DNA of 64,000 nucleotides from Rhodothermales bacterium (GTDB lineage Bacteria; Bacteroidota; Rhodothermia; Rhodothermales; Bin80): assembly GCA_965116685.1 (NCBI GenBank), contig OZ220707.1, positions 1,570,625 to 1,634,624 of the forward strand. The letters are read 5' to 3'. The notes under the pieces were generated by a model. That model worked only from the letters and a program-made list of their open reading frames with translations, searched no databases and had not been told where the DNA came from. Shown here piece by piece: positions 44,101 through 54,399 of this stretch. The first letter of the stretch is position 1, and every line of letters starts with the position of its first letter. The translations under genes were made by a program, and so were the position numbers.

Positions 44101-45101
44101 GGCTCTCCTCGGTCAAAGGCGTTGCCCGGACAGCAGTTGACCATATCGTGGCCAGTCGAGACAAAAAGGGGCCAGCAAAAAGCCTCTTCGAGTTTGTAAA
44201 GCGTCTGGATCCGCATATTCTTAATAAGAAATCACTGGAATCCCTGGCTCGTGTGGGCGCACTGGACCGATTTGGAGACCATCGGGCACAAATCGTTGAG
44301 TCCTTGGACCTCGCGATTCATTATGCGGAACATGCAAAGCGTGATGAAGAACTGGGACAAGGCTTTCTGTTTGCTCAGGAAGATTCGATTACCGGGAGGC
44401 CAGAACCGGAGCTACCCGTATGTGAAGAGTGGTCCCACACGGAAATACTTGCGATGGAGCGGGAGCTGGCCGGCTTTTATATTTCCGGGCATCCACTTGA
44501 TGGCTGGGAAATTGAACAGCGCTCCTCTTCTGATTCTGACCTGGCAGGAATTGCCGAACTCGTTGCTGAGAGCAAGGAAAGGCCATACTGCTCTGTTTGT
44601 GGTGTCATTACACTGGTCAAGCCCAGAAAAACCCGTAAGGGAGATTTGATGTCGTCGGCTATACTTGAAGATCGTACCGGGCAGGCCGAACTCGTCTGTT
44701 TTCCCTCCGTGCACGATGAATTCAAAGACTACCTCCAGGAAAATACCCTGATAATGGCTGCCGGCGAGGTTGAAGACAGCGGTGGATCTCTCAAAATTCT
44801 GGTTCGCCGTATTATTCCATTGACCGCAATCCGCGGCAAACTTCTTGATAACATCGTGATCTCCCCGGACCTTGAGCAGCTAAGCGACACGGATCTGAAT
44901 GAGTTCATTCAGACCTGTAAGGCGAACCCCGGGAAAAAGAAACTTTTCTTTAAGGTCAGGGGAAAGAATCGGGAATTGAAACTCGTCAGCGGGAACACGA
45001 CCGTAGAGGCAAATTCGGAGCTCCTATCCATCCTGGGATCCACGTTTGGGACCCATAGGGTGCACCTTGAATGGAAAGAGAAAAAGCACGATGAGCAGTA
45101 A
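41163..45101 (+). CDS. dnaE: DNA polymerase III alpha subunit containing a mini-intein
   Basis: HLHCHTSYSLLDG PHP domain, GRGSAAGS, MPDIDIDF, GLLKMDFLGL; the conserved FNK/SH motif is split by a 158-aa insert. Confidence 0.97.
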   Translation: MPEFCHLHCHTSYSLLDGAARIDALVARAKKLGMDALGITDHGNLYGVPEFHSIAKRNGVQPVIGCEFYLCASPMQERKDRVRYHQVLWAKNEVGYRNLIKLSSLSFLEGFYFKPRIDFDLLTKYREGLVATTCCLQGQIPQEILNGNLDNARKWLKKYVDLFGTEDYYVEIQDHGIEEQALVNETLLKWAAEFNLEVVATNDVHYVMKEDAFAQDILLCLQTGKDLDDPKRLRFDKQEFYLKSTDEMHTSLGKNPDADVWMENSLAIAEKCQFELPMGKLLMPHFQIPGEFGDSADEYLKHLVFERGKKRYPEFSDSVQARLLNELGIIREMGYAGYFLIVQDFTTAAREMGVSVGPGRGSAAGSAVAYCLGITNVDPLKYNLLFERFLNPERISMPDIDIDFDDHGRAKVIDYVIKKYGQLNVSQIVTFGTMGARTVIRDVARVLRIPLQEADKIAKSMPYGIGLDEALKSVDELKELVKSDRKEIKALIKASRVLEGCARHTGVHAAGVIIAPGTVSDYIPVATTKNKEGQVLTTQYSGDWVEDFGLLKMDFLGLSTLTIIEDTCKIIRNRTGNAPDMDTLPLDDAATFKLFQRGDTNAVFQFESDGMRKWLVQLRPTSLDDLIAMNALYRPGPMDLIPNYIRRKHGEEPIEYPHEILEPVLKPTYGIPVFQEQVMQMAQVMGGYSLGAADILRRAMGKKKKSEMKAQRNRFVDGAKERGIPEKTAEEVFDMMDKFAGYGFNKCIEQSTLITNARTGSQITVRQLHEEGWDGFQVYALAHDGVLVPRNVEAVHYNGFKQVFELVTQNGRRIRTTSTHRFRVQENWQCLENLHRGDQVAMIESEPSPVPTDYDEESTYVIDTGVKIIWDSIVAIIPAGYAHTYDLTVAEDHNYIANDFVVHNSHSVAYSLVAYQTAYLKAHHTAEFMAAVMSNVSGDSKKFISTLDEARRLGLQPQPPSVTHSREDFSVDESGTIHFGLSSVKGVARTAVDHIVASRDKKGPAKSLFEFVKRLDPHILNKKSLESLARVGALDRFGDHRAQIVESLDLAIHYAEHAKRDEELGQGFLFAQEDSITGRPEPELPVCEEWSHTEILAMERELAGFYISGHPLDGWEIEQRSSSDSDLAGIAELVAESKERPYCSVCGVITLVKPRKTRKGDLMSSAILEDRTGQAELVCFPSVHDEFKDYLQENTLIMAAGEVEDSGGSLKILVRRIIPLTAIRGKLLDNIVISPDLEQLSDTDLNEFIQTCKANPGKKKLFFKVRGKNRELKLVSGNTTVEANSELLSILGSTFGTHRVHLEWKEKKHDEQ
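43401..43874 (+). mobile_element. Mini-intein (158 aa) in DnaE
   Basis: Starts CIEQSTLI, block B IRTTSTHRF, ends TYDLTVAEDHNYIANDFVVHN followed by Ser; no room for a homing endonuclease. Confidence 0.93.
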
Positions 45102-45513
45102 ACCGACCGTATTATTTGTTTGTACGCATAATTCGTCCCGATCGCAAATGGCGGAAGGTTTGCTGAGACACTTCCTTGGAGATCACTACGAAGTGTACAG
45201 TGCAGGAACGGAGCCCGGCGGCGTGAGCCCATTCGCAATTCTTGCCATGGATGAAATCGGGATTGACATCCGAAGCCAAACTTCCAAAGATGTCCGTGAA
45301 TTCCTGTCTATGGATCTGGATACCGTTGTGACGGTCTGTGATTCTGCGCGTGAATCCTGCCCCTTCATTCCGGCCAGCAGTAATATTCACCACCGTTTTG
45401 AGGACCCCCGTGCAACCAGTGGCTCCGATGCCGAAAAACTTGAAGCCTTTCGGCGTGTGCGACAACAAATACACCTCTGGATTGATGAATATCTTCAACC
45501 ACATCCATCATGA
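45091..45513 (+). CDS. arsC: Arsenate reductase / LMW phosphatase family
   Basis: VLFVCTHNSSRSQMAEG, VVTVCD, ESCP, FEDP. Confidence 0.9.
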   Translation: MSSKPTVLFVCTHNSSRSQMAEGLLRHFLGDHYEVYSAGTEPGGVSPFAILAMDEIGIDIRSQTSKDVREFLSMDLDTVVTVCDSARESCPFIPASSNIHHRFEDPRATSGSDAEKLEAFRRVRQQIHLWIDEYLQPHPS

Positions 45514-45842
45514 AACCCCGCCTCATTGATGATGGTATTCGTCCAGAACTGGATTTACATGGCTGTACCGTCAACGAAGCGCTGCATTTTACCCGCCGGT
45601 TAATCGTGGAATCTGTACGACATGGCCGAGACTCGGTGCGATTGATTCATGGAATGTCTACTTCAGCTCCCGGCAAGCGCACAATCAAATCTGCACTCAC
45701 CGAGTTGATTGAAAGTGGGCAGCTTACCTTGCATGTGAGCGGCGCACTCAAGTCTGAGGGTCATATGATTGTTGCATTACGAAAAAGAGGAAGCCGCCAT
45801 GCCCCTGGGCGCATGACCTTCCGTAATATCAGTCGCCCATGA
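45510..45842 (+). CDS. Smr/MutS2 domain protein
   Basis: ELDLHGCTVNEA...VRLIHG. Confidence 0.85.
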   Translation: MKPRLIDDGIRPELDLHGCTVNEALHFTRRLIVESVRHGRDSVRLIHGMSTSAPGKRTIKSALTELIESGQLTLHVSGALKSEGHMIVALRKRGSRHAPGRMTFRNISRP

Positions 45843-46525
45843 CACCATTCATTGGCATAACGACCTCGTTTGAAAACGAACAGCACCGACTGGATCATAC
45901 CTATGTGAATGCGGTCCGGGCTGCTCAAGGGCAGCCAATGCTTCTCCCACTGGTGAATTCTGTAGCGGAAGCGAAACGGCTTTGTGATCAGATTCAGGGG
46001 CTGATCATCCCCGGCGGGGGTGGCATCACTGCCAACATAACTGGAGACCTCCCTGCACAACTAGACCCCGTCAACCCGAAGCGCTGGAAGTCCGACAACC
46101 TGATTCTGGATGTGGCAATTGAGCGGAATCTACCCATCCTGGGCATTTGCTATGGAATGCAACTGCTCTGCGTCCGGGCCGGCGGGACGCTCTACGCAGA
46201 CGTGGAAAGGCAGGTTACCGGGACATCCGTGCACAGCGAGAAACGAGGAGCCGCTGACCATCCGATGGAAATTCTCGCGAATAGCCACTTGGCCAAGATC
46301 TGGGGTTCAGAAATCAATGTCGTCAACTCCCGCCATTTTCAGGCCGTAAGCGATCCAGGAACCGGCTATGTTGTGAGTGCTCGCAGCTCGGATGGCACCA
46401 TTGAAGCCATTGAAAACGCAGACGGTACCCATATTGGTGTACAATTTCATCCGGAACGGATGGGGGCGTACTCCTTATTCCATAACCTTGTACGACAAGC
46501 CCTGGAGTACAACCATGCTGCGTGA
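45839..46525 (+). CDS. Peptidase C26 / gamma-glutamyl-GABA hydrolase-like glutamine amidotransferase
   Basis: PILGICYGMQ, VNSRHFQAV, GVQFHPE. Confidence 0.9.
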   Translation: MTPFIGITTSFENEQHRLDHTYVNAVRAAQGQPMLLPLVNSVAEAKRLCDQIQGLIIPGGGGITANITGDLPAQLDPVNPKRWKSDNLILDVAIERNLPILGICYGMQLLCVRAGGTLYADVERQVTGTSVHSEKRGAADHPMEILANSHLAKIWGSEINVVNSRHFQAVSDPGTGYVVSARSSDGTIEAIENADGTHIGVQFHPERMGAYSLFHNLVRQALEYNHAA

Positions 46526-46931
46526 AGAATTACAGTCCCTTGATGCAGGACCCCGCCAACTGCGCTCCTTTGGAATTACGCTTGGGGTTGCATTCCTAAT
46601 TGTTGCCGGTGTACTCTACTGGCGTGATATTCCGGGAGTGGTTGTCGTTACTGGGATTGGCGGCCTGCTTCTAGTTACCGGGCTGGTTGCCCCAGGATTA
46701 TTACGACCGCTCTACAAACCATGGATGGCGCTGGCACTAGTTCTGGGTTTCATTATGACGCGGGTTATACTGACTGTAATCTTCGTATTCCTATTCGTCC
46801 CGATTGGCCTACTGATGCGGATCTTCGGGAAGGATCCGCTTCGGCGCAAACTTGACCCAAACGCGAAGACTTACTGGATCTCCAAAAAGTATGATACGGA
46901 GGCACCAGAGCGCCTTGAGCGCTACTACTGA
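46515..46931 (+). CDS. SxtJ-like membrane protein
   Basis: QLRSFG...LRPLYKPWMALALVLG...PIGLLMRIFGKDPL...TYWI. Confidence 0.8.
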   Translation: MLREELQSLDAGPRQLRSFGITLGVAFLIVAGVLYWRDIPGVVVVTGIGGLLLVTGLVAPGLLRPLYKPWMALALVLGFIMTRVILTVIFVFLFVPIGLLMRIFGKDPLRRKLDPNAKTYWISKKYDTEAPERLERYY

Positions 46932-47062
46932 TTCTACCGCACCGGAATCTCCGCCCTGTTGAAATCCTACCCCGACTTTAACATTATAACCGCATCTGGA
47001 GCATCCACGGGCTGATACAGGCCTAATTCAGGCCTATTATGGCACCACCGGAACTTGGTTTT

Positions 47063-48877
47063 TTAGGTCGTAGTGATTACTGGGGATAATGGGCGCGAGT
47101 CAATCTCTAATGCCTCGTAAATCTCGCGCTGATAGAACTCGGGCTCGGAGGTCACTCGCACATGTACCGCTCCTCCCTGCTTGAGGGCTTGCGTGTAGGT
47201 CGCCCGCCGTTGGGGAGAAAGATGGTTCCGGATCGTGTCCCAGCACCAAGTAATTGATTTTTGCCGTAGACAGGTTCGCACCACCTGCACCACCTGATAG
47301 GCCAGCACGGTGATCAACAGATGTCCCTCGGCGCGACGATCGGTCTGGTGAAAGATCGGGCGCAGCCCCAACTCACTCTTCAGAGATCGAAACACCGCCT
47401 CCAAATCGGTCAGTAGCACGAAGGTTCGCCAAAACTGTTCTGTTGTGAATTCCTCCACATTGGATCGCAAAATGTAGGTTCCTGGATGGGTCCACATACT
47501 GTTCTGTTTCGGTTGGGCTTTCCATTTGACCTCCACGGCTTTCTGTCCTGACTTGTCCACAATCACTTCAATCTCGTAGTGCTGCCCAATCCCATCGCTA
47601 TCTTCCTTGATCCGACCAATCCGCTCCTGGACTCGATCCAATTGCTTCCAGGTCCGCGGTTGGGAAAGCCCTTCATTCAACGCACGAAGCTTTGATTCGA
47701 ATCGCTCTCTGCGTCGCGCAACCATGGCTTGCTCTTTCTTGCCCCGCTCGGATGAACGGCAGTAGACCCGAATCTCCTCCTTCTGCCGAACTTCATACAA
47801 CTCCAAGTGATTGTTCCGCTGGATCACCTCTTGATCCCCGGGATCAAATACACGTTTCTGCTCCCGACTCACCACCACATACTTGTACTTCTGCTCCCGA
47901 AGCCATTGCACATTGGCTTCGGTGGCAATTCCCCGGTCCATCACAACGATGGCCTCTTTGGGGGCGTTGAGTTCCGTCAACAGGTCCTGTAAGGTCTTGG
48001 CCTCACAGATATTCCCCGCATAGAGCCGAGATCGCCGTACAAATCCGCTTCCATCCAGAACCAGGGCCAGCGTAATCAACCGGCAATCGCGACGCTTCTC
48101 TTTGGAATGCCCATGTTTCGCCAAACTGATTTGCTCTGCATCCCCCTCCAGATACGTATTGGTCAGGTCAAACAAGGTGACCGTGCGCTCCAGGTTAAAC
48201 AACGTCATGGCTTCCTGGAAGACATGATCCTCAATCTGATCCCGATGCTTCATCAGTTGATCCGATGCCCGGTACAACTGCATCGCACTCATGCGCTCAA
48301 ACGATCCCCCCAGAAATTCTCCAAGACCACTCTCGGTGCAAAGCCATTGATAGGTCGCACGTTCGGAAGCCGGCTTTGCCATTCGTCCCACAATGGAACC
48401 CAAGGCTGCATGTTGACTCTTGGGCGTAAAATTCAATGTGCGCAACAGCTTCGGAATTCCCAGTTGCTCCAGCGCCCACAAGGCCACATGCTCAACGCCT
48501 ACGCTACGCGGATAACGCATCTGGGTTGAGGAGATATCCACCGTTTTCCAGGTCGGCTCCACGGATTTGCCCTGTGCCAGATTTGCCTGCTCCAGTCGTT
48601 TCCTTCGCTGATCCAGAAGCTGCTGAACGATTCGTTCGGCCTCATCTTCAAGCAGTTGGGGGAGCGGCTCCAAGAGGCTTTCCTGCCGATTGAGCAACTC
48701 CCGGATACGGATGCAAAGCGTGGGCCAGTCCGGTTCTTTCACGAGAAACTTGCTTCCCAGGTGCAAGAGGATTTCTTGCCGAACCCGGGCGCCATATCGA
48801 ACATTGTGAACCAGTCGGAAGGCATAATAGGAGGTGCCATCTTTCATGGTCCGGGTTTTGGTTTTTCGAATAAACAT
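47063..48877 (-). CDS. IS1634-family DDE transposase (distinct lineage)
   Basis: MFIRKTKT, LFDLTNTYLEG, GHSKEKRRD, VVMDRGIAT, LEAVFRSLKSELGLRPIFHQ. Confidence 0.93.
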   Translation of the reverse strand: MFIRKTKTRTMKDGTSYYAFRLVHNVRYGARVRQEILLHLGSKFLVKEPDWPTLCIRIRELLNRQESLLEPLPQLLEDEAERIVQQLLDQRRKRLEQANLAQGKSVEPTWKTVDISSTQMRYPRSVGVEHVALWALEQLGIPKLLRTLNFTPKSQHAALGSIVGRMAKPASERATYQWLCTESGLGEFLGGSFERMSAMQLYRASDQLMKHRDQIEDHVFQEAMTLFNLERTVTLFDLTNTYLEGDAEQISLAKHGHSKEKRRDCRLITLALVLDGSGFVRRSRLYAGNICEAKTLQDLLTELNAPKEAIVVMDRGIATEANVQWLREQKYKYVVVSREQKRVFDPGDQEVIQRNNHLELYEVRQKEEIRVYCRSSERGKKEQAMVARRRERFESKLRALNEGLSQPRTWKQLDRVQERIGRIKEDSDGIGQHYEIEVIVDKSGQKAVEVKWKAQPKQNSMWTHPGTYILRSNVEEFTTEQFWRTFVLLTDLEAVFRSLKSELGLRPIFHQTDRRAEGHLLITVLAYQVVQVVRTCLRQKSITWCWDTIRNHLSPQRRATYTQALKQGGAVHVRVTSEPEFYQREIYEALEIDSRPLSPVITTT

Positions 48878-48914
48878 GATTGGTGTGTGCGAGGATTGGG
48901 GGAATATGCATTGG

Positions 48915-49030
48915 ATCACAAAATGTTCCAAAGGATATAATCATTATGGCACTACACGCAACGGAATTTTACATCCAAGCTGAAAAAATCAGGAAAAGCG
49001 GAAAAATCCGGCCCCGAAACCGGAGAAATT
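48915..49030. repeat. 116-bp direct repeat (left copy) flanking IS1634 copy 2
   Basis: Matches 50963-51078. Confidence 0.95.
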
Positions 49031-50962
49031 CCTGACTTTGACGGTTTCGATTTTTCCAGGTACAAAACCACTGTTTCCGTGCTTTCTGGGAGGTTTTTTT
49101 TTGGCCTTCCTGTGTAGTGTTCAGTCTTGCTTTTTAATTGTATTTTTCGTATCTTTGTAATTCACCAACCAACTGTGTCATGTGGGTCCGAGAACTCAAA
49201 CGAAAAACCACGAAAAACATCTCTGTCCAGATTGTTGAGAGCTACCGTAATAAGGAAAGAAAGCCGCGGGTTCGTATCGTCCGACACATGGGAAGCGTTC
49301 ACCCGGATGCAGTGGACGGTCTGGTTAAAATTGCCTATCTGGAATTAGCTCGGATCCAAGAAGACCTGCAACCCTCCTTATTTCCTGCAGAGTCTTATGT
49401 AGACGAGGTGGTGGCTGCCCGCAGAAAAAAACGGGAGTCGAAGGCACTGGTGATCAAAGATGCACGGAAGCTGGAGGAAATACGGCGCATCTGTCTGGGC
49501 TTTCACGAGGTCATGGGGGCCCTGTATCACCAGATGCGGTTTACAGAGGTCTTTGATCGCCGTCAGAAGATGTCTCGTCGTCTGTTCAAGCAAGCGGTTT
49601 TACTTCGTCTGGCTGCACCTGGGGATAGTAAACTGGCCCATGCACGGCAGATGTCCAAGGATGCGGGGGTGGACGTTCCGGTGGAGAAGTTCTATCGGAT
49701 GATGGATGCCGTCACGGACGACCGAATTGAACAGATGAAGCAGCTGGTCTCCAACGAGACGCTCGGCATGCTTGGCGGGAAACTGAAGGTGCTGTTTTTT
49801 GATGTGACGACATTGAGCTTTGCCAGTGAGTTGCCGGATGAGCTACGCAAGAAAGGGTTTAGCAAGGATGGGAAGCCCAAAAAGGTTCAGTTGGTCTTGG
49901 CATTGATCCAAACCCAAGAAGGGCTTCCGGTCACGTACGAACTCTTTCCCGGCAATACCACCGATGTAAAGACGCTTGAACCGGCGATGACGCGCCTCAA
50001 AGAATGTTTTGATTTGGATCGGATGATTGTCGTTGCCGATTCAGGGATGTTGAGCAAGGAGAATTTAGCGTTGTTGCAAAGTCTGGGCTGTGACTATATC
50101 GTGGCTGCACGTTTACGGTCATTAAATCAACTCCACACCAAGACGATTCTCGGGGCACAGTCTTGGAAGGTTTTAACGACGGGTCGTAAGGTTACCGAAC
50201 ACAAACTTGGTGGTCGACGCTTGATTTTGCGCTATTGTCCAAAGAAGGCAGCTCGGGATGTACATTCACGGGAGAAGGCAATTGAGAAGGTGAAGAATCG
50301 TTTGAAACAGGGGGTCAAGGGCACCGGCAGAAGTGGTCGATTTCTGAAGGTGAAGCAGGATGGAGTGAGCTTAGATCAAGCAGCGATTGTTCGGGATGAG
50401 AAGTTTGATGGGCTGCATGGGGTCTGGACGAGTCTGGAGGATCTGACTCCAGAACAAGTCTATCAACATTATGGAGAGTTATGGCGAATTGAAGAAGGTT
50501 TTCGTGTGATGAAACACACCATGGCGATCCGGCCCATCTTTCACTGGGTCGAGCGTCGGGTGCGTGCCCATATTGCAATCTGTTTTGTTGCATTTGCCCT
50601 GTTACGGATCTTCCGACACCGATATAATGCGAGGTTTGGTTCAAAACATCGCCTGAGTGAAGGGCAGATTTTAGCAGAACTTGGTGCGGTGGAAACCTCC
50701 ATGATTTGTGATCGAGGCAATCGGGCAGAATACCTTCTTCCATCGAAGGTTACCGAAACGAGCGGGCGCCTATACCAGACAGTCGGTCTGACGATACAGC
50801 GCCAGACCGTACTGTTCAAAGAGGGGACGACCTCCTAAATCAAGCGTCCCATTCGGTCTCGATCTTCATCATTCCGCCCTGAAAAGGGGGATTGGTAGTG
50901 TTCAGTTTTCCCGGAAATCCCACTCCAGAACCCCTGTGACGGAGGTAACCGTCGAAGTCAAG
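49031..50962 (+). mobile_element. IS1634-family element, copy 2 (1932 bp)
   Basis: Same ends, length and ORF translations as 36593-38524. Confidence 0.95.
49180..50838 (+). CDS. IS1634-family DDE transposase (copy 2)
   Basis: Protein identical to that at 36742-38400. Confidence 0.95.
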   Translation: MWVRELKRKTTKNISVQIVESYRNKERKPRVRIVRHMGSVHPDAVDGLVKIAYLELARIQEDLQPSLFPAESYVDEVVAARRKKRESKALVIKDARKLEEIRRICLGFHEVMGALYHQMRFTEVFDRRQKMSRRLFKQAVLLRLAAPGDSKLAHARQMSKDAGVDVPVEKFYRMMDAVTDDRIEQMKQLVSNETLGMLGGKLKVLFFDVTTLSFASELPDELRKKGFSKDGKPKKVQLVLALIQTQEGLPVTYELFPGNTTDVKTLEPAMTRLKECFDLDRMIVVADSGMLSKENLALLQSLGCDYIVAARLRSLNQLHTKTILGAQSWKVLTTGRKVTEHKLGGRRLILRYCPKKAARDVHSREKAIEKVKNRLKQGVKGTGRSGRFLKVKQDGVSLDQAAIVRDEKFDGLHGVWTSLEDLTPEQVYQHYGELWRIEEGFRVMKHTMAIRPIFHWVERRVRAHIAICFVAFALLRIFRHRYNARFGSKHRLSEGQILAELGAVETSMICDRGNRAEYLLPSKVTETSGRLYQTVGLTIQRQTVLFKEGTTS

Positions 50963-51078
50963 ATCACAAAATGTTCCAAAGGATATAATCATTATGGCAC
51001 TACACGCAACGGAATTTTACATCCAAGCTGAAAAAATCAGGAAAAGCGGAAAAATCCGGCCCCGAAACCGGAGAAATT
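50963..51078. repeat. 116-bp direct repeat (right copy)
   Basis: Matches 48915-49030. Confidence 0.95.
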
Positions 51079-51267
51079 GAGGCAAACTGGAGGATTTGGC
51101 TGAAATTGTCCACAAAAAAATAAATGCGGGACTTTCTCAAGAGGACTCACGTTAAAGACGGGCTACTTCCAGGCCTGCCTATGATGCCAAAAGCACCTGT
51201 GCTGCATGGCGGTAGTCCTACTTGATCCAGAACTTGCTGGAGTATTCGTTTTGACCGCCTCCTGCAT

Positions 51268-53121
51268 TCAATCCTCAAAAATTTCCCCCTTCTCAAGGGA
51301 AATCAGGTACTGACTATTCTTTCGATACTCCTCCTGTAGTTCGAGTTGGGCCTCGCTACCTTCTTCGGCGCTTGTTATCCTGGACATCAATCCTTTCATC
51401 TCTATCTTGATCAGTTTTCTCTTGATTTTTCGCATACAATCCTTCGCGATACGCTTGGGGTTTTGATTCAGTTTGGGGACTTCAATCTTTTTCTCTTCCC
51501 ATTTCTTGGAAACCTCATGCTGGCGTATCAGCAGACCAGCGGCCAACTGCCGACCGAGTGCACTGAGATGAAGCTGCCCAACGTCAATCGAAGTCAGTTT
51601 GTCGGATTCCCCAGTGTGCTCATGGTAAAGGGCAACCAATGCCTCTACAAGTTCCCGAGAGGAGCCTTCCTGAAACTCCTTAAAGCTCATATTCCCCAAG
51701 ATATATTCAATCATTGGGGCCCCTTCCTCAAGCATCAACTCCAAGAGCTTCCTCTCCGGCTCGGGAATAATGTCGACGGTCTCAGAACTTTCAGATTGTG
51801 CTGGAGCTGTTTCCGGCGATACTCGACGTCTCCTGAAATGTGCAGCAATCTCCTGCGCTACATCTCCCTCCAGAACACCAAATAACTGACTCGTCTTCTG
51901 GATATATAATTTCTGAAGAAGATGATCCTGCAACCATGTAATCCGCTCTGCGACTCTGGAAATTTCCTTCCGTATCCCTTGGGGAGTACCGAGTGCATTC
52001 TTCTGCTTGGCCGACCAGAAAAGGGAATTAAGCCAGTCCTTGGTCTCATCCTGAAGGTAGGCCTTGAATTTATTGGCACCCTGCTGGCGAACAAATGAAT
52101 CTGGATCCTCTCCCTCCGGCAACAATACAACGCTCGCATCCAGTCCATTTTGAAGGACACAGTCAATGGCACGCTCGGTCGCCGCAGCCCCCGCCGCGTC
52201 GGCGTCATAGAGCAATTGGATCTCTTTTACAAAGCGTCCCAACAGCTTTACCTGTTCCGGCGTGAGCGCAGTCCCGCAGCATGCCACCGATCCAATACCT
52301 GCCTGATCCAGAGCCAGAACATCCGTGTATCCTTCTACCAGTAGAACCTTGCTCTGCTGACGTGCTTCCCGTTTGGCCTGATAGAGACCATAAAGTACGA
52401 AGCTTTTATGGTACACTTCGGTTTCTGACGAGTTGAGGTACTTCGGCGTTCTCGGACCTTCTTCCAGCGCCCGCCCCCCAAAACCCACAATCTTCCCGAT
52501 ATGAGACCAGATCGGAAAGATCACCCGGTTTCGGAACCGATCATAATATCCCCCCTTCTCCTTCTCAATGACCAGCCCGGCTCTTTTCAGGGCCTCCGGC
52601 TTGATATGTCCGCGTTCTGCCGCCTTGAGAAGGCCATCCCATGAATCAGGTGCATAACCCACATGAAATCGCTCAATGGTTTTGTCTGTCAATCCACGCC
52701 CTTGTAAGTATGCACGTGCCTCCGCACCGGCTACGGAGTCCTGAAGCTTTTGGGCAAAATACTCAGACGCGAATCGAAGCGCATGATAGACGGCCTCTGT
52801 TTTTTCATATGCCTCCCGATCTACTCTTTGCTCCGGGATTTTAATCCCGGCTCGATCGGCGAGCCAACGCACCGCATCTACGAACTCAAGCCGCTCAATC
52901 TCCATGACGAATGTCAAGACATTGCCTCCTTTGCTGCATCCAAAACACTTGAAAATCCCCCTGGATGGGTTCACATTGAAGGATGCGGTCTTTTCGTCAT
53001 GAAACGGACACAACCCCACGTAATTGGTGCCCGCTTTTTTCATCCGCACATAATCCTGAACCACACCCAGGATATCTGAGCTTTCGCGCACCTGCTCCAC
53101 AATGTGATTGGGGATCCGCAT
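51268..53121 (-). CDS. dnaG: DNA primase
   Basis: GLCPFHDEKTASF...FKCFGC zinc finger, YDRFRNRVIFPI, PKYLNS, VEGYTDV, YDADAAG, DPD. Confidence 0.97.
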   Translation of the reverse strand: MRIPNHIVEQVRESSDILGVVQDYVRMKKAGTNYVGLCPFHDEKTASFNVNPSRGIFKCFGCSKGGNVLTFVMEIERLEFVDAVRWLADRAGIKIPEQRVDREAYEKTEAVYHALRFASEYFAQKLQDSVAGAEARAYLQGRGLTDKTIERFHVGYAPDSWDGLLKAAERGHIKPEALKRAGLVIEKEKGGYYDRFRNRVIFPIWSHIGKIVGFGGRALEEGPRTPKYLNSSETEVYHKSFVLYGLYQAKREARQQSKVLLVEGYTDVLALDQAGIGSVACCGTALTPEQVKLLGRFVKEIQLLYDADAAGAAATERAIDCVLQNGLDASVVLLPEGEDPDSFVRQQGANKFKAYLQDETKDWLNSLFWSAKQKNALGTPQGIRKEISRVAERITWLQDHLLQKLYIQKTSQLFGVLEGDVAQEIAAHFRRRRVSPETAPAQSESSETVDIIPEPERKLLELMLEEGAPMIEYILGNMSFKEFQEGSSRELVEALVALYHEHTGESDKLTSIDVGQLHLSALGRQLAAGLLIRQHEVSKKWEEKKIEVPKLNQNPKRIAKDCMRKIKRKLIKIEMKGLMSRITSAEEGSEAQLELQEEYRKNSQYLISLEKGEIFED

Positions 53122-53762
53122 ATGCTCTACATGCGAGCTGTCTCCACCGGAGGTTGCTCGGGTTTATCGGAACATTGACATGCCCCCAAGGCAAGCAGTC
53201 CTACTAGAAGGACCGAAAAAATAATTCTGACCATGGCAAATGAGTTTCTGTTACAATTGGAGGTTTAACGAAAAATGGGTGCATATTTTGTCCATTCTCT
53301 GTACCTACTCATTAGACCTTTGTTCTCATCCACCAGTCGTCTCAGCGTCAGTAAACATCTCCACGTCACTTGGCGATAGAGCCCCAAGGCGCCGATGCTC
53401 GGCCCATGTCCTTGGACCCGCTCATACACCCCGTCATGGTGACCTTCGTTCAGTTTTCATCCCTAGGACCGGCCAAATTCCCACGAGGAAAGAAAAATGG
53501 CCAAAGAATTGATGTCCTTATCTTGATTGCTACTAGCTCATGGTGCCCCTGATAAATTGATATCATGGAGACCGAATGGAATGCGGTACTCCTTGCCCCT
53601 TCGCTGTTTTCGTTCACTGAACCTCAACAGAGTGCAAGTTTTCCAGCCGGGCTTATTATACTTGCATCTGTAGTACGGAAACCGATCAATCTGTCGCAGT
53701 AAAAAGAAGCAGGGAAACGTTCCAAGGACACAAAATCTGATCGAGCTTATCTCGCACATACT

Positions 53763-54167
53763 GTGAAACGAAAGGAAATTCCATCTTACAACACATCTGT
53801 CTCATCTCATTCAAACGATTCAACTATTCTCATGATAAATGACAAGCGCTCCCTCCTAGCGGAAGCCGAATCGGCGGCACAACGTGTGTCTGTGACTGGC
53901 TGGTTTTTCTTGGGATTTTTAGCTACTACCATCGGGCTGCTGATTGTATATCTACGCTCACCCAAAACACCAATCCGGTTATCAATAAATTGGGACGGGG
54001 ATGACCGACATCTTTTTGAACAAGCCTATAGTGAAACTTTGAAAGCAAAACAGGTTAAGTCCACATGGTTGGGGTTTCTCGTGGGAATTGTGTTTTGGGT
54101 TCTGTTGATTGTTGGTTTTTATAGCTCTCTCTTCTGGTGGATGGGGCGAATCTCTCCAGTAATGTAG
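53763..54167 (+). CDS. Hypothetical membrane protein
   Basis: Two hydrophobic segments; start uncertain (perhaps MINDKR). Confidence 0.6.
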   Translation: MKRKEIPSYNTSVSSHSNDSTILMINDKRSLLAEAESAAQRVSVTGWFFLGFLATTIGLLIVYLRSPKTPIRLSINWDGDDRHLFEQAYSETLKAKQVKSTWLGFLVGIVFWVLLIVGFYSSLFWWMGRISPVM

Positions 54168-54399
54168 CTTGGTTCTATTGGTTATTGTTATTAATTGGTA
54201 TTCTTCCGGCTACCATCTAGTTTAAAAATCGCACATCCAGCCTAGTTCACTTATCCAGAACAGTCAATAACATCCTGCTTTAACATAGGTTTTCCGCCAG
54301 AAGCATCAACAAAGTTTTCCCACCCAACCCCAGCTAACTGAATCGAGAACTAATGCGCCTTGCTTATGGTGCTTAATTTATACTATCTTTGGGCTTGGG

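Larger units (their letters stand above)
46971..51162 (-). mobile_element. Second IS1634-family element, with IS1634 copy 2 nested in its upstream end
   Basis: Terminal IRs cccg(a/t)ctttaac at 46971 and 51151-51162; 4-bp flanking CTAC at 46967-46970 and 51163-51166. Confidence 0.85.

Noticed and set aside
46515-46931. Saxitoxin gene cluster
   Set aside because: SxtJ-like proteins are widespread, and no other sxt genes are present.
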